A stretch of DNA of 55,243 nt, the filler included, from Stramenopiles sp. TOSAG23-6 (Eukaryota), in NCBI GenBank assembly GCA_900128565.1. It is 2 parts of 2 records of this genome, joined end to end, with 100 filler letters (N's around TTAATTAATTAA, not from the genome) between each part and the next. Parts side by side here need not be neighbours in the genome. Positions count along the whole stretch, not along the records: positions 1 to 27,579 come from LT635980.1; 1 more part is not named here. One strand, given 5' to 3'. Both the position numbers and the translations under genes were made by a program. Shown here piece after piece: positions 13,201 to 21,093 of the stretch; the first letter of the stretch is position 1, and each line of letters starts with the position of its first letter. The notes under the pieces are model-generated. The model did not search any database, had not been told where the DNA came from, and saw only the letters and a list, made by a program, of their open reading frames with translations.

Positions 13201-14244
13201 ATATGGAATTTTACGAACGCATTCGATGAAGCATTAGAACATATGCACAGTGCATTATTTTTCAGTATAAGTAAGAATGAGGAAGCAATGAAGAAAATTA
13301 TGTTTTTAGAATCTCAATTACGTGTTTTTGATTTCTTTGCATTTTTTCGAAATAAATCTAATGCAGAAAAAGAAGAATTTTTAAAACCAATGCATGAGGC
13401 ATATGTACATTATATAAAAGCTGGGAAGAATATGGATTATCGAGAAGTATTCAACCGGGAAATATCATCTCAATTGCACTTATACTGCACATATATAAAA
13501 AAACTGTACCCAGAATTAAGAAAGTTACTCCAGGAAATGATTTCAGATAAAAAGAAAAGTAAGAGTTCAAGCTGGAGAAATAAGAATAAGGATCTCGCCG
13601 ATTCTCTGCTAAATATACAACTATCTAATATTGATGAATCTGAGCATTACATGTACATGGCAATGCCTCTTGCAAATGAACATTCCTGGGTACAGTGTAT
13701 GAGATATCTTGAACTTGCGATTTTTCACCTGACAAATGCTTCATTTGAACTACTTGACAGACCGAAATTGTATGAAACAATGAGAGATCGAGATCCAGGT
13801 TCAATGACTGAAATCTTACATAGAATATGTTTTGACAATCGTTATGACATAGGAGGATATTGTAGTGAGAGTAATACCAAATTTCATCATGGCCTCAATA
13901 CTTATTATGCCTATTCAAGTGATAGGTACTACATGAATTTAGGTATTTGGAATTATACTCGAATGGCTCTTGAGTCAATCATTAGTAAATTTGACAGTAT
14001 TTTGCATGATAAAAGCGACGGGACAAACCAAAACTTCTTGATTTGGAAGGGTGCTAAATATCAAAGAGATGAGGCTTCTGTTGAAGTAACAATTGCAAAA
14101 TCGTTTGTAACTTTATTACAAAGTCGATACAATTTAGATAAAAAGTACCGAGATGTGTTTGAGACGCTCGGCCTCATATATGGTGGAGTCAGAGCAGTTC
14201 AAAGAGCACAGGCAAATGGTATATTAATAAGCAAAAATGCCTAA
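1279..14244 (+). CDS. Giant 4321-aa predicted type II membrane protein with coiled coil and many degenerate ~110-125-aa alpha-helical repeats
   Basis: Single uninterrupted ORF with one hydrophobic segment (IMMIGVAVGLLSLAIIIVAFFL, ~1561-1626). Recurring motifs MAEPLRxM, SIxxYAxxI...LPxIK and WxxAxxxLxxA. Confidence 0.9.
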   Translation: MSPSPSATNKVEQVNPLTIAHTSIEMNPLVVAQTSVKTNPIEVTQSRKYNPRQAIHATKRQIPRNSRSTRKKLDPNYSQEQKRKLKNNTESSCSIMMIGVAVGLLSLAIIIVAFFLNTISMDTQIERMQTDLSGAKTELNLTKTSRISGGLSQSTQSKIADIMETMPSLQMAAEKLKESHISKGVSTTEINEIKKAVKEESKTTLIIRIKREIRETEEAMQELAAESNDNDDVIAGVRASINTVKEKVTKFEKLGNLQKTDKMVTTLLVQLRGIIAQIRARQSSTFIGKLNQIAANLKSMTTFSRKNNDNVERLQSQITRLREALGHAKDEDEQIKKQMAAVASTADKATAVAKTSTEIQNLRRTANRLKKFCHIYMKALEGISVSSHDKITSINSFEKAATSANLVTMSSDATQAEEYLAFAESTFKATLPKAHKALATEAIRISSDIRTLSKGLNNTNVSMLMGKVGEGTNYAKKALTSVQDHNSKTFLHLMKDSQVVYTEALKGFAVILKELLAKEAGRSGYTTAMNQIRIAESDINLAIKGASKVLGLGKINSSIKLLIAAKEATESSESFDKSKGISDSKQIVSTLRGLRFILPNKEKXKVETSLSKAMNSIERAEVSKSNNLAVFTKTFNIAIGHIATAILDAMVPGLESKLKEQSTSDERERALGEVGKAKLKTEKAKDSIRFTKWSLVMTNLKFAILSLKEASAPFSPDQAINKNDIVKTLRNMSSTLISMKRYLVEPESRQKLELTISEAKPGLHIVSDTTKFVTNVSSSIHLYAYSIGGLLYHAVTSKLSKQSKTSVQQRSLHEARKAFALSMQAKSSANKKHLSEALTTLKVSVECLQEAAAGLSKLKTKFGNDTRSVLDTLDTYSQTLLAMKHYFPVSQQRPLENKVRQAVSSLEDANSNRLENTKFHQFIASSIEKFGESVNFLGQHLKPIVGDLPDGDGKRHAIKQMELSTVNGNSAAKLAQKQELKNAFSQLNIGFISLQQTDRDITIGILRGMAEPLRTMTSHISDEQKKKSAISRITSAESSANEANRNISNSDEFIASVTKSVQSYAFAIYRKLLPGIRESLNALRGDKKVESLKKADTVETYAVAAQQLVNNGKFQDALLKLILAFKQLHKTESVLTMGGVEFDNKYAANKVLREYATELLPIRLYLKSVVQRDSMKSKLESAASYAEKAKTNMSNKKEFNEYMIKSIEEYASSIKGDLSHAMKLEVNSMKDGSVKDAALARVDDGERDAAFVSNLIDGNSLQRGFTKLISAGGALQEAERAIVVVTLRDMAEPLRDMKPHLSNAANINRAEKLIETAVELVSDAHDNITDEKDFIEPASKAIEMYADVIWVVLLFDIKHKILSLPDNVKGKSGALIAAGKARKEAKLAQRYAKHEKLISSLNQLKLAFTEIKKAASVCPTNTFLNDLLDITIQLRYMKSHLLTKERQSSASELIKEATAMAQEAEEKISSKHNFAHLASASISKYAIVIHSIILPDLKERLRRELPIGNIRDVALSEAENAKAESVKAEKLGVEGNFSGAFDKLKTAFAALKVTEAAFDVSVLMSMTEPLEGMLPHLTNKKERNDARNMIVEAVKLRDETQANISTHAKYWKLCQSVIKYASCMYMKIIPSIKPKLESQLDGEDRKKAVKDITEADKLARRATFVANERKLSLAMENLTKAFTLLEKVEVFVPVTDEEFVQVLKDISSTLRHMKAYIPVEKLQLKVDAHAAHAYTYANTAEFNIKKDRTKFNKYMGLAIVEHVHNIQGMYKSIYKTIEGQVKSYSYNISKIAIEQALQKCEAAKAIVEKESWKKAMPLLRVGIDSLKNSVNALVLDKKYITNTLINMAEPLRHMKVYMTLQFANETEEVLLIASSLATEAKSYKTDNPRIVSKIRKSIEKYATIMFDVIQPEILRNLHGIVRSSSSITDSFKIIRKVKTLCTEALEFVTGNTTSHEWMSALPKIIDASTLLRRAATELVEREKATRILKQYAPFLQSLIPFASISHQEDAFRLVGRGEFSANFAKNYRENNDKFQSEMSNSIKSYGLAIHDYILPGIKSKIKDQRQMESTSKTGALKNIAKAAILSRSATMFAMGFNWSDGQVSLKEAITCVTDAVKLLPIDRGVSQQTLQQTGETLVSLKQFLSLRSQEDTRKQLLLNNLLSEAGESTDAAMNIKNDAIFIPSMKSAIVKYAQAIRDHFQPDILKQLMQMKQSSENMSPSIIMNINDGIDDATEALLQQVKATEAIAMQNSVTSTSRTRGVKIKAPWELGLSALINSATLLESATKSLIDKTIEVEKLVNISASLRGMKQYTSKATSAKAELEIAKGITKSGIARSAINDLNKYVENITSATLHYAIAIMLLQPDILKKLRSLPANNEKVVREKDAAIEKVKIAMKMATLARNLNQGGKWSQVLPRLNSANHLLRLGLIFIPQRKIQLTKDLVEPLRGLNHFLSVGYARNASKSLCLALNFANAAYLDIKHGKVFQYKENLVKSMNGIAETLKSLILPGIEIKLSSMKGINKAYAMSAFESTKEKSQNVIEILNGDSDNLASALDKLSICINDVQLGVSYIAPDKTYTLAVLVQLGDSLKILRPLLSKIDKTKFDDDIGKGVQSTNMAAAIKDRRSKENVVKFAKNVKDAIKFYASALMNQTSETVKSKLKLKSGCSGCISAAIDADIAQGTIKNAYLLADNNDWIAAFRKLTTGFFRLQSAAVKAMDIEATNAKVDDILKYVISLHEVGIHLPKDRKMKANQAIANAHDNALRAKTYVSSDRKAFSVFINLSLSEYGHTLSSKMIPFIKTKIESLPTNAIKAEALKFIDKALSDSIWTIKFADSERWSLASLRLKAAMHSIHLAVDKLPLDQGYVVTRLEKMNTAFHNLISQFLHKSKDKNKAVKILDAGKKELNQAKNKRTTKNTAAFKAHIIASLVKYSELILNVMEPELDTLVYAAKGKLLGPEFKASTTYLKAIRTHCTSSLTYCKKKEMSRAFSELFVAFNKLKSSLIYVVNKSDFVVSLNNLQIPLKYMRYYISTEQREKCMKELDEAVMYGNLAQSRPTTFHENIGIAMKKYTSSITKYIGPRIKEQLLEMDIDNITNAAIKNVEESMKLALDTNEMCNRSALLEAKWTLVKAVHALQRAEKALPTDIDNATQIISDTSEVMRYLQMYLPEDFRYQLNNLLYQRVEPLELALRKQDNIAERGNAIFRVLKIDAQIMKQLLVPKIKELLNTIIRGANANGKTKFKKVLAKLGDAEQEAKNCDNVNNAEQWTTKYRFAKTCMYLIIEIANQLPLDKGYIVDFLEEMYEPLKDMTSNGIVKSRLSVAKSKVLEAAAMVDKSNAIELFYNTINEVLKLYSESMANEIPIAIKTQLRSKSESIDVHTAVIDIDIAKDFATNANALSKGQSWKAALPNTFIAFEYLTKAYSPLWDKAPKIQLLGSIHSPISSMLLYCDENKLEENKSILNIAITTAKNASLATTYKDFARNISDSIGNYAAVIDLYIYPSWKNSFQNLKGEAKTVAMEGLKSARRYGRTSRGQAVAKKWNLAILSLKKAEQMLIKVEPSLSKDRAKVYAATFMKSIDSQLKVNIPKYSSDPDYAPTKSTSFKEARDIASDAFTIKNGSTTKFRDKLCDAMIKYVDILSFESNELIKTLKMKSGNGFKIGIDDANYAKKSFTTVQKILYTSRSRWIKAFSEFAEGYDSLLKALVLLVDKVEAFNILRSAVLPFLFQMDPKDNLWFKKGSQQYKNLSVGTGKATALMWHAYDVRSDSGLFATNMSKAIKEISSGWILSDFLKNKFSEKNCKKKNPCLKAYENIEKGQRDLTLANTLALKERWSEAYTKVKSGLDLIKPTITKADTDKLWALDDFFTKRRINRLWMALQTIRDTMKYDIALEYRNKDWQSKIQDKLESAKKINATDRKNFIKYLWGMFDFMINNFEMGLSDKIQATPTSSTELRKARTSLGVLPEKDNDLTEPVIWNFTNAFDEALEHMHSALFFSISKNEEAMKKIMFLESQLRVFDFFAFFRNKSNAEKEEFLKPMHEAYVHYIKAGKNMDYREVFNREISSQLHLYCTYIKKLYPELRKLLQEMISDKKKSKSSSWRNKNKDLADSLLNIQLSNIDESEHYMYMAMPLANEHSWVQCMRYLELAIFHLTNASFELLDRPKLYETMRDRDPGSMTEILHRICFDNRYDIGGYCSESNTKFHHGLNTYYAYSSDRYYMNLGIWNYTRMALESIISKFDSILHDKSDGTNQNFLIWKGAKYQRDEASVEVTIAKSFVTLLQSRYNLDKKYRDVFETLGLIYGGVRAVQRAQANGILISKNA

Positions 14245-14434
14245 ATAGAGACTTGAAGTATAATCTTTTACAAGTTTTTTAAATTTTAATAGTCAATCGC
14301 AATCAAATCGAAATTAATAACGGTCGTGTACTACCTGACGGTGACCCTCCTTAGTGGCCACACGGCAAACTCTGCTAAGCTAGAGAGCAGATTTCATTAC
14401 GTTGCAGACTTTTGGCTTTTTTATGCTCATATAG

Positions 14435-14803
14435 ATGCAGAGTAAAAATGAAATTATTAATCAGATTGAAGTTTGCCATAATGGAGCAAATTTTAACATC
14501 GTGCAAGTTTTGACGGGTGAGGGTGGCGCTTTCATGATAATGAGCTGTACGATGAGAAATATAGTCCTTTCCCAGTTAGACTATCGCAACGTTCACAAAG
14601 ATAAAGTATTAGATTTCTATCACACCGAAACAAGGGAAGATCATCGGGGTAAAGGCCTTGCTGCTTTAGTCGTACACGAAGCTTTCGAATTTGCACGACG
14701 TGAAGGAAAGCAAGTATTACCATCTTGCACGTACATTTCGCACTTTGTAGAGAAGAATGGCAGTAGTTATTCAAAATTTATATACAAAAATAAAACTAGA
14801 TAG
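14435..14803 (+). CDS. Small GNAT acetyltransferase, NATD1/YjdJ-like
   Basis: Motifs HTETREDHRGKGLA and ARREGKQVLPSCTYI. Confidence 0.85.
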   Translation: MQSKNEIINQIEVCHNGANFNIVQVLTGEGGAFMIMSCTMRNIVLSQLDYRNVHKDKVLDFYHTETREDHRGKGLAALVVHEAFEFARREGKQVLPSCTYISHFVEKNGSSYSKFIYKNKTR

Positions 14804-14848
14804 AATGATTATTAGTATTCATTATAAAAGTACAAAATATAATAGTCT

Positions 14849-15778
14849 TTACTTTTTTGATTTGTTTTTACCTTTCTTACCTTTCTTCTTTCTTTTCTTT
14901 GTTGTTGTTGTTTTCTTACTTTTAGTTGTACTAGAGCTATTTCCTTCAACCTCTTCCGCTTCTGCAGGAGTTGCTTCTGGTAAAGCTTTTCCCCACTCTT
15001 CAAGCCCCCCATAACACTGCTGAAATTCTATTTGTGTATAAAGTTGACCATCATTAGGATCATAGCGTTTTTCTATGTCTTGTTTTGTGTCATTCGTGTC
15101 TGCGTCACTATTTAGATTTTCCTCTAAATCCCATATTTCGTTCATTTGCTCAGGGTGTCGTGGGTCACCTTCTTTTCCGCCCTTTCCGTAGTAATAATAC
15201 TTATCTGGCATCCCATACTGTGTAGTGAATGTATCAAATTGTCCTGGGCTGAAATCATGTTGTTGTTTTAACATATATCGCCATTCTTCAAGCTGAATCT
15301 TCCCATCGTGGTTAGTATCATACACTTGCATAAGGAAACTTAATTTTCTAGGAATTTCAACAATTTCCTCATTTTCCATAAATGTTTGCAGTTCCTTCTC
15401 CGTCAAGAAACCTTGATTATTTACATCTAAGGCCTTAAATATATCATCAATCAAGTGTTCTCCTGGGGTAGGGTATTGGACGTCTCTATCGTCATAATCA
15501 GTAGGTTTGGAATAAACTTCTGCCTTACTGACTGAATTGTAGTATACTCTATACCCTTCTTCGTCAAACTTATAACCCCACGACTCCCGTATTTTGAATT
15601 CTAATTCTGGATCTTCTTCAGCGACGTAAAGCGTTTCAATTCCTGCATCTTGTAACTTTTCTTGAGTCGCCTGCTTTTGTTCTAGTTGAACAACTTTGCG
15701 TTTTTCTCTTGCCTCGGCTAAAATCTTCTGAGCTCGAGTTAACGGTTTCTTCTTCTTCTTCTTCTTTTTACGAGCCAT
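14849..15778 (-). CDS. WW-like domain plus EF-hand pair protein with Lys-rich termini
   Basis: WGYKFDEEGYRVYYNSVSKAEVYSKP is WW-like. EF loops DVNNQGFLTEKEL and DTNHDGKIQLEEW. Confidence 0.8.
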   Translation of the reverse strand: MARKKKKKKKKPLTRAQKILAEAREKRKVVQLEQKQATQEKLQDAGIETLYVAEEDPELEFKIRESWGYKFDEEGYRVYYNSVSKAEVYSKPTDYDDRDVQYPTPGEHLIDDIFKALDVNNQGFLTEKELQTFMENEEIVEIPRKLSFLMQVYDTNHDGKIQLEEWRYMLKQQHDFSPGQFDTFTTQYGMPDKYYYYGKGGKEGDPRHPEQMNEIWDLEENLNSDADTNDTKQDIEKRYDPNDGQLYTQIEFQQCYGGLEEWGKALPEATPAEAEEVEGNSSSTTKSKKTTTTKKRKKKGKKGKNKSKK

Positions 15779-16100
15779 TATTGTTTATGAAACTTTGTCT
15801 AACGTATGCTTATATTATTTCTCATTCATAAGAATATATATTGTTTTCTCGATGGTACCGAGGCTTTTAGTTACCGCTAAGTACTTTTACAACAATCCGG
15901 TTAGATACTTGGAACATATGCGGCTACTACTAGCTAGAGTATAGGATATAACTGGTACCGCACGTTACGTTTTTGTTTTTTTACCGTATATATAACGGAA
16001 ATAATATACTATGTATAATAGCTATAAATTTTGTTTTTATATTTTAAATAAAAAATAATATGCTTCTAAAAAATAGATTTTCTCATGAATAGTGTAGACA

Positions 16101-17468
16101 TCAATCAGCACAATTTTTGTTTACAACAAGTCCAGGTGGTTTTGATGTTTGCCTTTTTGCGGGTTGGCTCATATAAATATTGCTACTATTATTATTACTG
16201 TTGACATCTTTCCAACTCGATATTTTTGACAAACTTTCACAATCTAAGACTCTTTGAGGTAGTTTATTCACATCATTTGGTATATTTCCCACAAAACTTT
16301 GTCTATTAAATTTACTAATTATAAATGCAGATCCATTTTTGTCAGGCAAAATTGGTTGTGATGAATTTGACGAATCATCTAACCATTCTTCGAAAGATTT
16401 TGTTTTTGGATTTGTAGAAAATCCAGTTGCTCTAGATAGTCGATAAACTCCAAACAACGTAATACAACAACCTATTGTAAAGAAAAAAAATTGATTAAAA
16501 CTGAAGGATTTCAGTTCATCGTAGCATACGAGACCTCCAAATATTGAAATCAAGATCCAAAATGTTTGAAAAATGGGAACACAGTATAGTGCATCAAATA
16601 TTTGCAGTCCGGAGTTGAGCCAGTACACTTGTGCAAACACAGAAGTAAGCATTAAGAAAACAACAATCCAGAGTTCTACTCTATCCGATATTTGTTGATC
16701 CTCAAATGTCAGAGTTGTTTTAATGGCTTCAGCTGTACACTTACCTAATAAAACAGATTGAGCACCAATTACACCACTAAGTGCTGGGTAGAGAAATCTA
16801 TGTAGTCTATGAACTGCGGAATTAGGTAAATAACAGTATCGTCTTAAATTTGTATTATCATATATCGCATATTTTTCCTCAATCGATGTGATACAAGAAT
16901 ACATACCAAATATTAATAGGATTATGATAAACGCATAATATTGAAAACGTGTGGAAGAATAAATGTCAAATAGCGTATCAAGATTGAATATTAGTGAATC
17001 GTGGTGCGGTCCGAAAGCGACTGACAGAGTGCACCCCCCACAAATCAGAAACATATTACGAACATTAGATCTATCAATGGTTTCATTCAACATTACAGGG
17101 GCAATAACCATATTTGAAACCAAAGTCAGAGACCCCAAAGTAGCTACAAGTGACTGTGCGGTAAACGCAAGAGCAGCGAAATCAGCGAAACTGCCTAAAA
17201 CTATAAATATCATTCCTAGAAGCCATTTAGGCTGTGTTATATAAGATACCCTGTCCCATTTTGGTTTTTCATATTCTCTCTGCAAAGGTTTGTAGTATGT
17301 GTTTTCAAGGTGTGCAAGCTTTTGGAGGTTGAGCCCCAGGTTGGAGACAAAAGAAGCGAGAATAGCAATGAAAGCACCAATTGTCCACTGTAGATCCTTT
17401 ACCCATAAACCTTCCCATTGAATTTGAGGTAGATGCGATGTGATATTCATCGCCATGATTTTATTCAT
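16101..17468 (-). CDS. NIPA-family magnesium transporter
   Basis: SNLGLNLQKLAH, WLLGMIFIVLGSFADFAALAFTAQSLVATLGSL and QVYWLNSGLQIFDALYCVP; multiple TM helices. Confidence 0.92.
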   Translation of the reverse strand: MNKIMAMNITSHLPQIQWEGLWVKDLQWTIGAFIAILASFVSNLGLNLQKLAHLENTYYKPLQREYEKPKWDRVSYITQPKWLLGMIFIVLGSFADFAALAFTAQSLVATLGSLTLVSNMVIAPVMLNETIDRSNVRNMFLICGGCTLSVAFGPHHDSLIFNLDTLFDIYSSTRFQYYAFIIILLIFGMYSCITSIEEKYAIYDNTNLRRYCYLPNSAVHRLHRFLYPALSGVIGAQSVLLGKCTAEAIKTTLTFEDQQISDRVELWIVVFLMLTSVFAQVYWLNSGLQIFDALYCVPIFQTFWILISIFGGLVCYDELKSFSFNQFFFFTIGCCITLFGVYRLSRATGFSTNPKTKSFEEWLDDSSNSSQPILPDKNGSAFIISKFNRQSFVGNIPNDVNKLPQRVLDCESLSKISSWKDVNSNNNSSNIYMSQPAKRQTSKPPGLVVNKNCAD

Positions 17469-17762
17469 GATAGTAGGCTTCTACTAAATATTCAATCAAA
17501 TCTTTCAACAATGCTCTCGTATATTTGGGAAAAATTCAAATTAGACAGACTTTGTATGCGTTTATTTATTAGTAGTCTTGCCCTGGATGCTCGCTCCTCA
17601 AGTCGATTTTGAATTTTCAAAAAATGTAGATTTCGTGATTTTGGCATAAAATTAATTACTTTCAGTTCAAAATCATTTCGATGTAACACACACGAGGTCA
17701 CACACTTTTAAACTCCTTTAGGACTTTTACATTACACGGAAAAGAAAAGTTGGAAATCAAAG

Positions 17763-19484
17763 ATGTTATCTAGCCGTAAGATATGTTCTATGGGAAGAAT
17801 GTATCACCACATGCTTCCCTATGCAGTATATTCCAAGGGTATTCAAAATCCAAGTCACCTCTTGAGATTGTGCTCTTCAGTGTCAAAATCTCAGCAAGTG
17901 CATGAGTCCTCTTTGTGGTTTCCATGGAAAGACACTACATCTTCAGAGGCAAATATACCACCGATCTTTACAAAAATCAATGCGAAGAAAAATACAGCCA
18001 GTTACTGGATTAAAAAGTTGGAAGAATCATATCTTATGTGTCGTGAAAAAGAGACGAAGACAATAGAGCTTGAATTGGAAAAATCTGATGTTGACCGAAA
18101 GGTACGCGAAGAAGTTCACAAAGTTTTAGCTACAAGAAACACAAAAAAGGGAAAGAAAAGGAGGAAAATTAAACAAATTGCTCATCTTGAAGCTTTATTT
18201 CGTAGTTCAAATCCACAGAAAAATTTTGATGGAGAAACTTTATTCGATAATTTCATCCTCGTCAATGGCCCTTCGTTTGAAGTTTTGAATGCTTCTTTGA
18301 AGTATAGATGTAGTACGTCTGAAGAAAAATGGAATTTTCTTGAGAAAATCCGTGCTCGTCATTATGGCAAAGCAGACAATTTTCTCAAATATTTATATTT
18401 GGAATATCTTCAAAACTCAAAACCAGACGAAATCCAAACGAATTCAACTCAAGTAGAAAAAGTCATGGAAAAATTAGACCAAAAAAAGTTTTTGTGGAAT
18501 CATAATTTTTCTAAATTTCATCGTTATTTTGCAAACAAGCAAAATGATGATACAACGAACGATACTAGGAATGGTAATAGTAAGAAGGATAAATTAAAAA
18601 TCCCAAATGATGTTACAGAAATACAAAATATTGAAAAAAATAGTACTCTAGTTGTGAAGCCAATAGATGATATTCATACAACAAAGACTATTAAGTCAGA
18701 AGTATCAAAGAATGCTAATAGGAATAGTAAGAAGGATAAATTAAAAATCCCAAATGATGTTACAGAAATACAAAATATTGAAAAAAATAGTACTCTAGTT
18801 GTGAAGCCAATAGATGATATTCATACAACAAAGACTATTAAGTCAGAAGTATCAAAGAATGCTAATAGGAATAGTAAGAAGGATAAATTAAAAATCCCAA
18901 ATGATGTTACAGAAATACAAAATATTGAAAAAAATAGTACTCTAGTTGTGAAGCCAATAGATGATATTCATACAACAAAGACTATTAAGTCAGAAGTATC
19001 AAAGAATGCTAATAGGAATAGTAAGAAGGATAAATTAAAAATCCCAAATGATGTTACAGAAATACAAAATATTGAAAAAAATAGTACTCTAGTTGTGAAG
19101 CCAATAGATGATCTTCATACAACAAAGACTATTAAGTCAGAAGTATCAAAGAATGCCTTTAAAGAAACAGTTTTGATTAATCAAAAACATTTCGAAAATG
19201 ATATTCTTAAAAGGGTAAAATCTATTGAAAAAAAATTAGAACTTTTATGCGAGAACACGAAATTGAATGACTCTCTACTATCAAACGTAAATTCTGGATT
19301 AAATTGTTCAGAATCTACAAATGATCATGATGCTATGCGAGCTTTAATAATTGAAAATGAAGTTCTTCGAGAGAGGAACTTTAAGATGAGCTTATCTGCT
19401 GAAAAGACAAGTGCTGTCCGAGAAGCTGCTTTTGATTCTTTATTTTTAAAACTTGAAAAAAAGATTAATAGTATGATACATTAA
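17763..19484 (+). CDS. Hypothetical protein, possible mitochondrial transit peptide, 4 x 49-aa tandem repeats, C-terminal coiled coil
   Basis: 573-aa ORF. The N-terminus is Arg/Ser-rich and acid-poor (MLSSRKICSMGRMY...). Confidence 0.7.
   Translation: MLSSRKICSMGRMYHHMLPYAVYSKGIQNPSHLLRLCSSVSKSQQVHESSLWFPWKDTTSSEANIPPIFTKINAKKNTASYWIKKLEESYLMCREKETKTIELELEKSDVDRKVREEVHKVLATRNTKKGKKRRKIKQIAHLEALFRSSNPQKNFDGETLFDNFILVNGPSFEVLNASLKYRCSTSEEKWNFLEKIRARHYGKADNFLKYLYLEYLQNSKPDEIQTNSTQVEKVMEKLDQKKFLWNHNFSKFHRYFANKQNDDTTNDTRNGNSKKDKLKIPNDVTEIQNIEKNSTLVVKPIDDIHTTKTIKSEVSKNANRNSKKDKLKIPNDVTEIQNIEKNSTLVVKPIDDIHTTKTIKSEVSKNANRNSKKDKLKIPNDVTEIQNIEKNSTLVVKPIDDIHTTKTIKSEVSKNANRNSKKDKLKIPNDVTEIQNIEKNSTLVVKPIDDLHTTKTIKSEVSKNAFKETVLINQKHFENDILKRVKSIEKKLELLCENTKLNDSLLSNVNSGLNCSESTNDHDAMRALIIENEVLRERNFKMSLSAEKTSAVREAAFDSLFLKLEKKINSMIH
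18576..19156 (+). repeat. Near-perfect 147-bp coding tandem repeat, ~4 copies
   Basis: Units start at 18576, 18723, 18870 and 19017. The only difference seen is gatatt to gatctt in copy 4. Confidence 0.97.
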
Positions 19485-19600
19485 TTTTCAAACAAAGAAA
19501 AAAAAATTAAAAAAAAATAAATGTTTTCTTTACTCAATAAAATCGTTTGAACAAAAGAAACCTTCAAAGAGAAGAACGGAAATTAACTTCTATAATTGTT

Positions 19601-20727
19601 TTACAGTCTCTTTAGTGACTTTTTTCTTTCCAAAACTTTTCGATCTTTCGATTTGTCACTTTTTTTTTTCTTCTTCTTTTTATCACCTTTCGTTTTTGAT
19701 TTTTTTGGTTCTGTTCTCTCTTCTTGATTTTCCTTACGACTGTTTCGCTTCTTTGCAATAAAATGATTTTCTATTTTAGGACTACCATCAGAATTTTCAC
19801 CAATTGGTGATGCCGTGGAAGTGGATACTGATTTTAGAGAAGGACTTGAAGGAGCTGACCCAGTACTTGACTTAGTGGTTGAAGGTTTAGATTTTGTTAC
19901 TATAGAAGTTGTTGTTGAGGTTGAACTAAGAAATGTCGAACTTTCATTGGAAGAAGAAGAAACAGAGTTATTACTCGTCTTTTTCTGAATGCATGCTGAA
20001 GAATGATCTTTTGTCTTTCGCGAGACAGCGTGAATATCTGTTAGCAGCCTAGCTTTCTTCGCGTAATCTCCATATGACTCCATGAATAATTTTCCTGCTT
20101 CATCATTTAGTGAAGACTCCGGAAAAGGCACAACTAGTAAACACCAGATTACTTTCAAAACATGACACAATCCTAGGTCCGCTTTCCAATCCTTTTTTAA
20201 TGTATTGACGCATATTTCACCTTGTAACGAAACATTAGGGTGGTAAATCTTTGTCAAAAAATGACCTTTTGGCGGAGTTGATGGATAATCTGGTCCAATC
20301 AACAATTTTACAACAAAAGTACCACCTTCAAAGGGAGTTCCACTAGGACCGTTGAGTTCCGCAAATACTTCTGCGATATTATCACCGCTGTCTTTGTACT
20401 CAGGAAGATATTTTACTCCAGGTGGTGGTTCCCTTGCAAGTCTACGCAATTCCTTAGACATAATGCGTAACACACTAGGCGGAAGATTCTCATAAGACTA
20501 CAATGTTGAAATATACAAAAAAATGATTCTTAGTTTAGCTAATTTCCTAGAGAGATACTTTATTGGTTCATATGTGGAGAATCATAACACAATTTCAAGT
20601 AAGAAACACAAAAAGAACGACAGGAGAAAATACGAGAGAGGATGGAAGCCTTCGAAAACAAATAATTATGTAAAATTTTGACTCCAAATTATCAAATGAA
20701 TGTGCACTTCATCGTATAACTTACCAT
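19601..20727 (-). CDS. UBE2S: Ubiquitin-conjugating enzyme E2 S with Ser/Lys-rich tail (exons 20727-20725 and 20497-19601)
   Basis: HPNV...GEICVNTLKKDW and PFPESSLNDEAGKL. Spliced start M|SYENLPPSVLR resembles the UBE2S ENLPP motif. Confidence 0.92.
20498..20724 (-). other. Canonical GT-AG intron (227 nt) in UBE2S
   Basis: ATG|gtaagt...ctaaactaag...cattgtag|TCT restores the frame. Confidence 0.85.
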
Positions 20728-21093
20728 TTTAATATCTGTTGGTTTCCAGCAAAATTTATCGTAAGATTTTAGCTTGAACAATCTATTTCAAATTTTCAAT
20801 TGTCGTCGTTCAGATTAGATTTGAGTATGGAGAGGAGGATCGAATGAAAGAGAGATATCTACATAGATCTCGATTTGAGATTTGATTCTTTCGAAATTCA
20901 AAATTATTTTTAGGTAATAAAATTTGGTACAAAATTATTGAACACATCAAAAAATATTTTGTTGATGGCTATAAGATCGACGCGACTTCCAAATTGCAAT
21001 AATTATCAAAAGGTGTGTGATTTATTTACCAAGTGTTCTTTCGTTTTAAGATTACGCGGGTCTGACCACTTGGTTCTTTCCTTTGAGAATAAC

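Noticed and set aside
18576-19156. Tandem repeats as a possible CRISPR array (also 29217-29620 and 41897-42270)
   Set aside because: No unique spacers, unit lengths are multiples of 3 within ORFs, and the context is eukaryotic.
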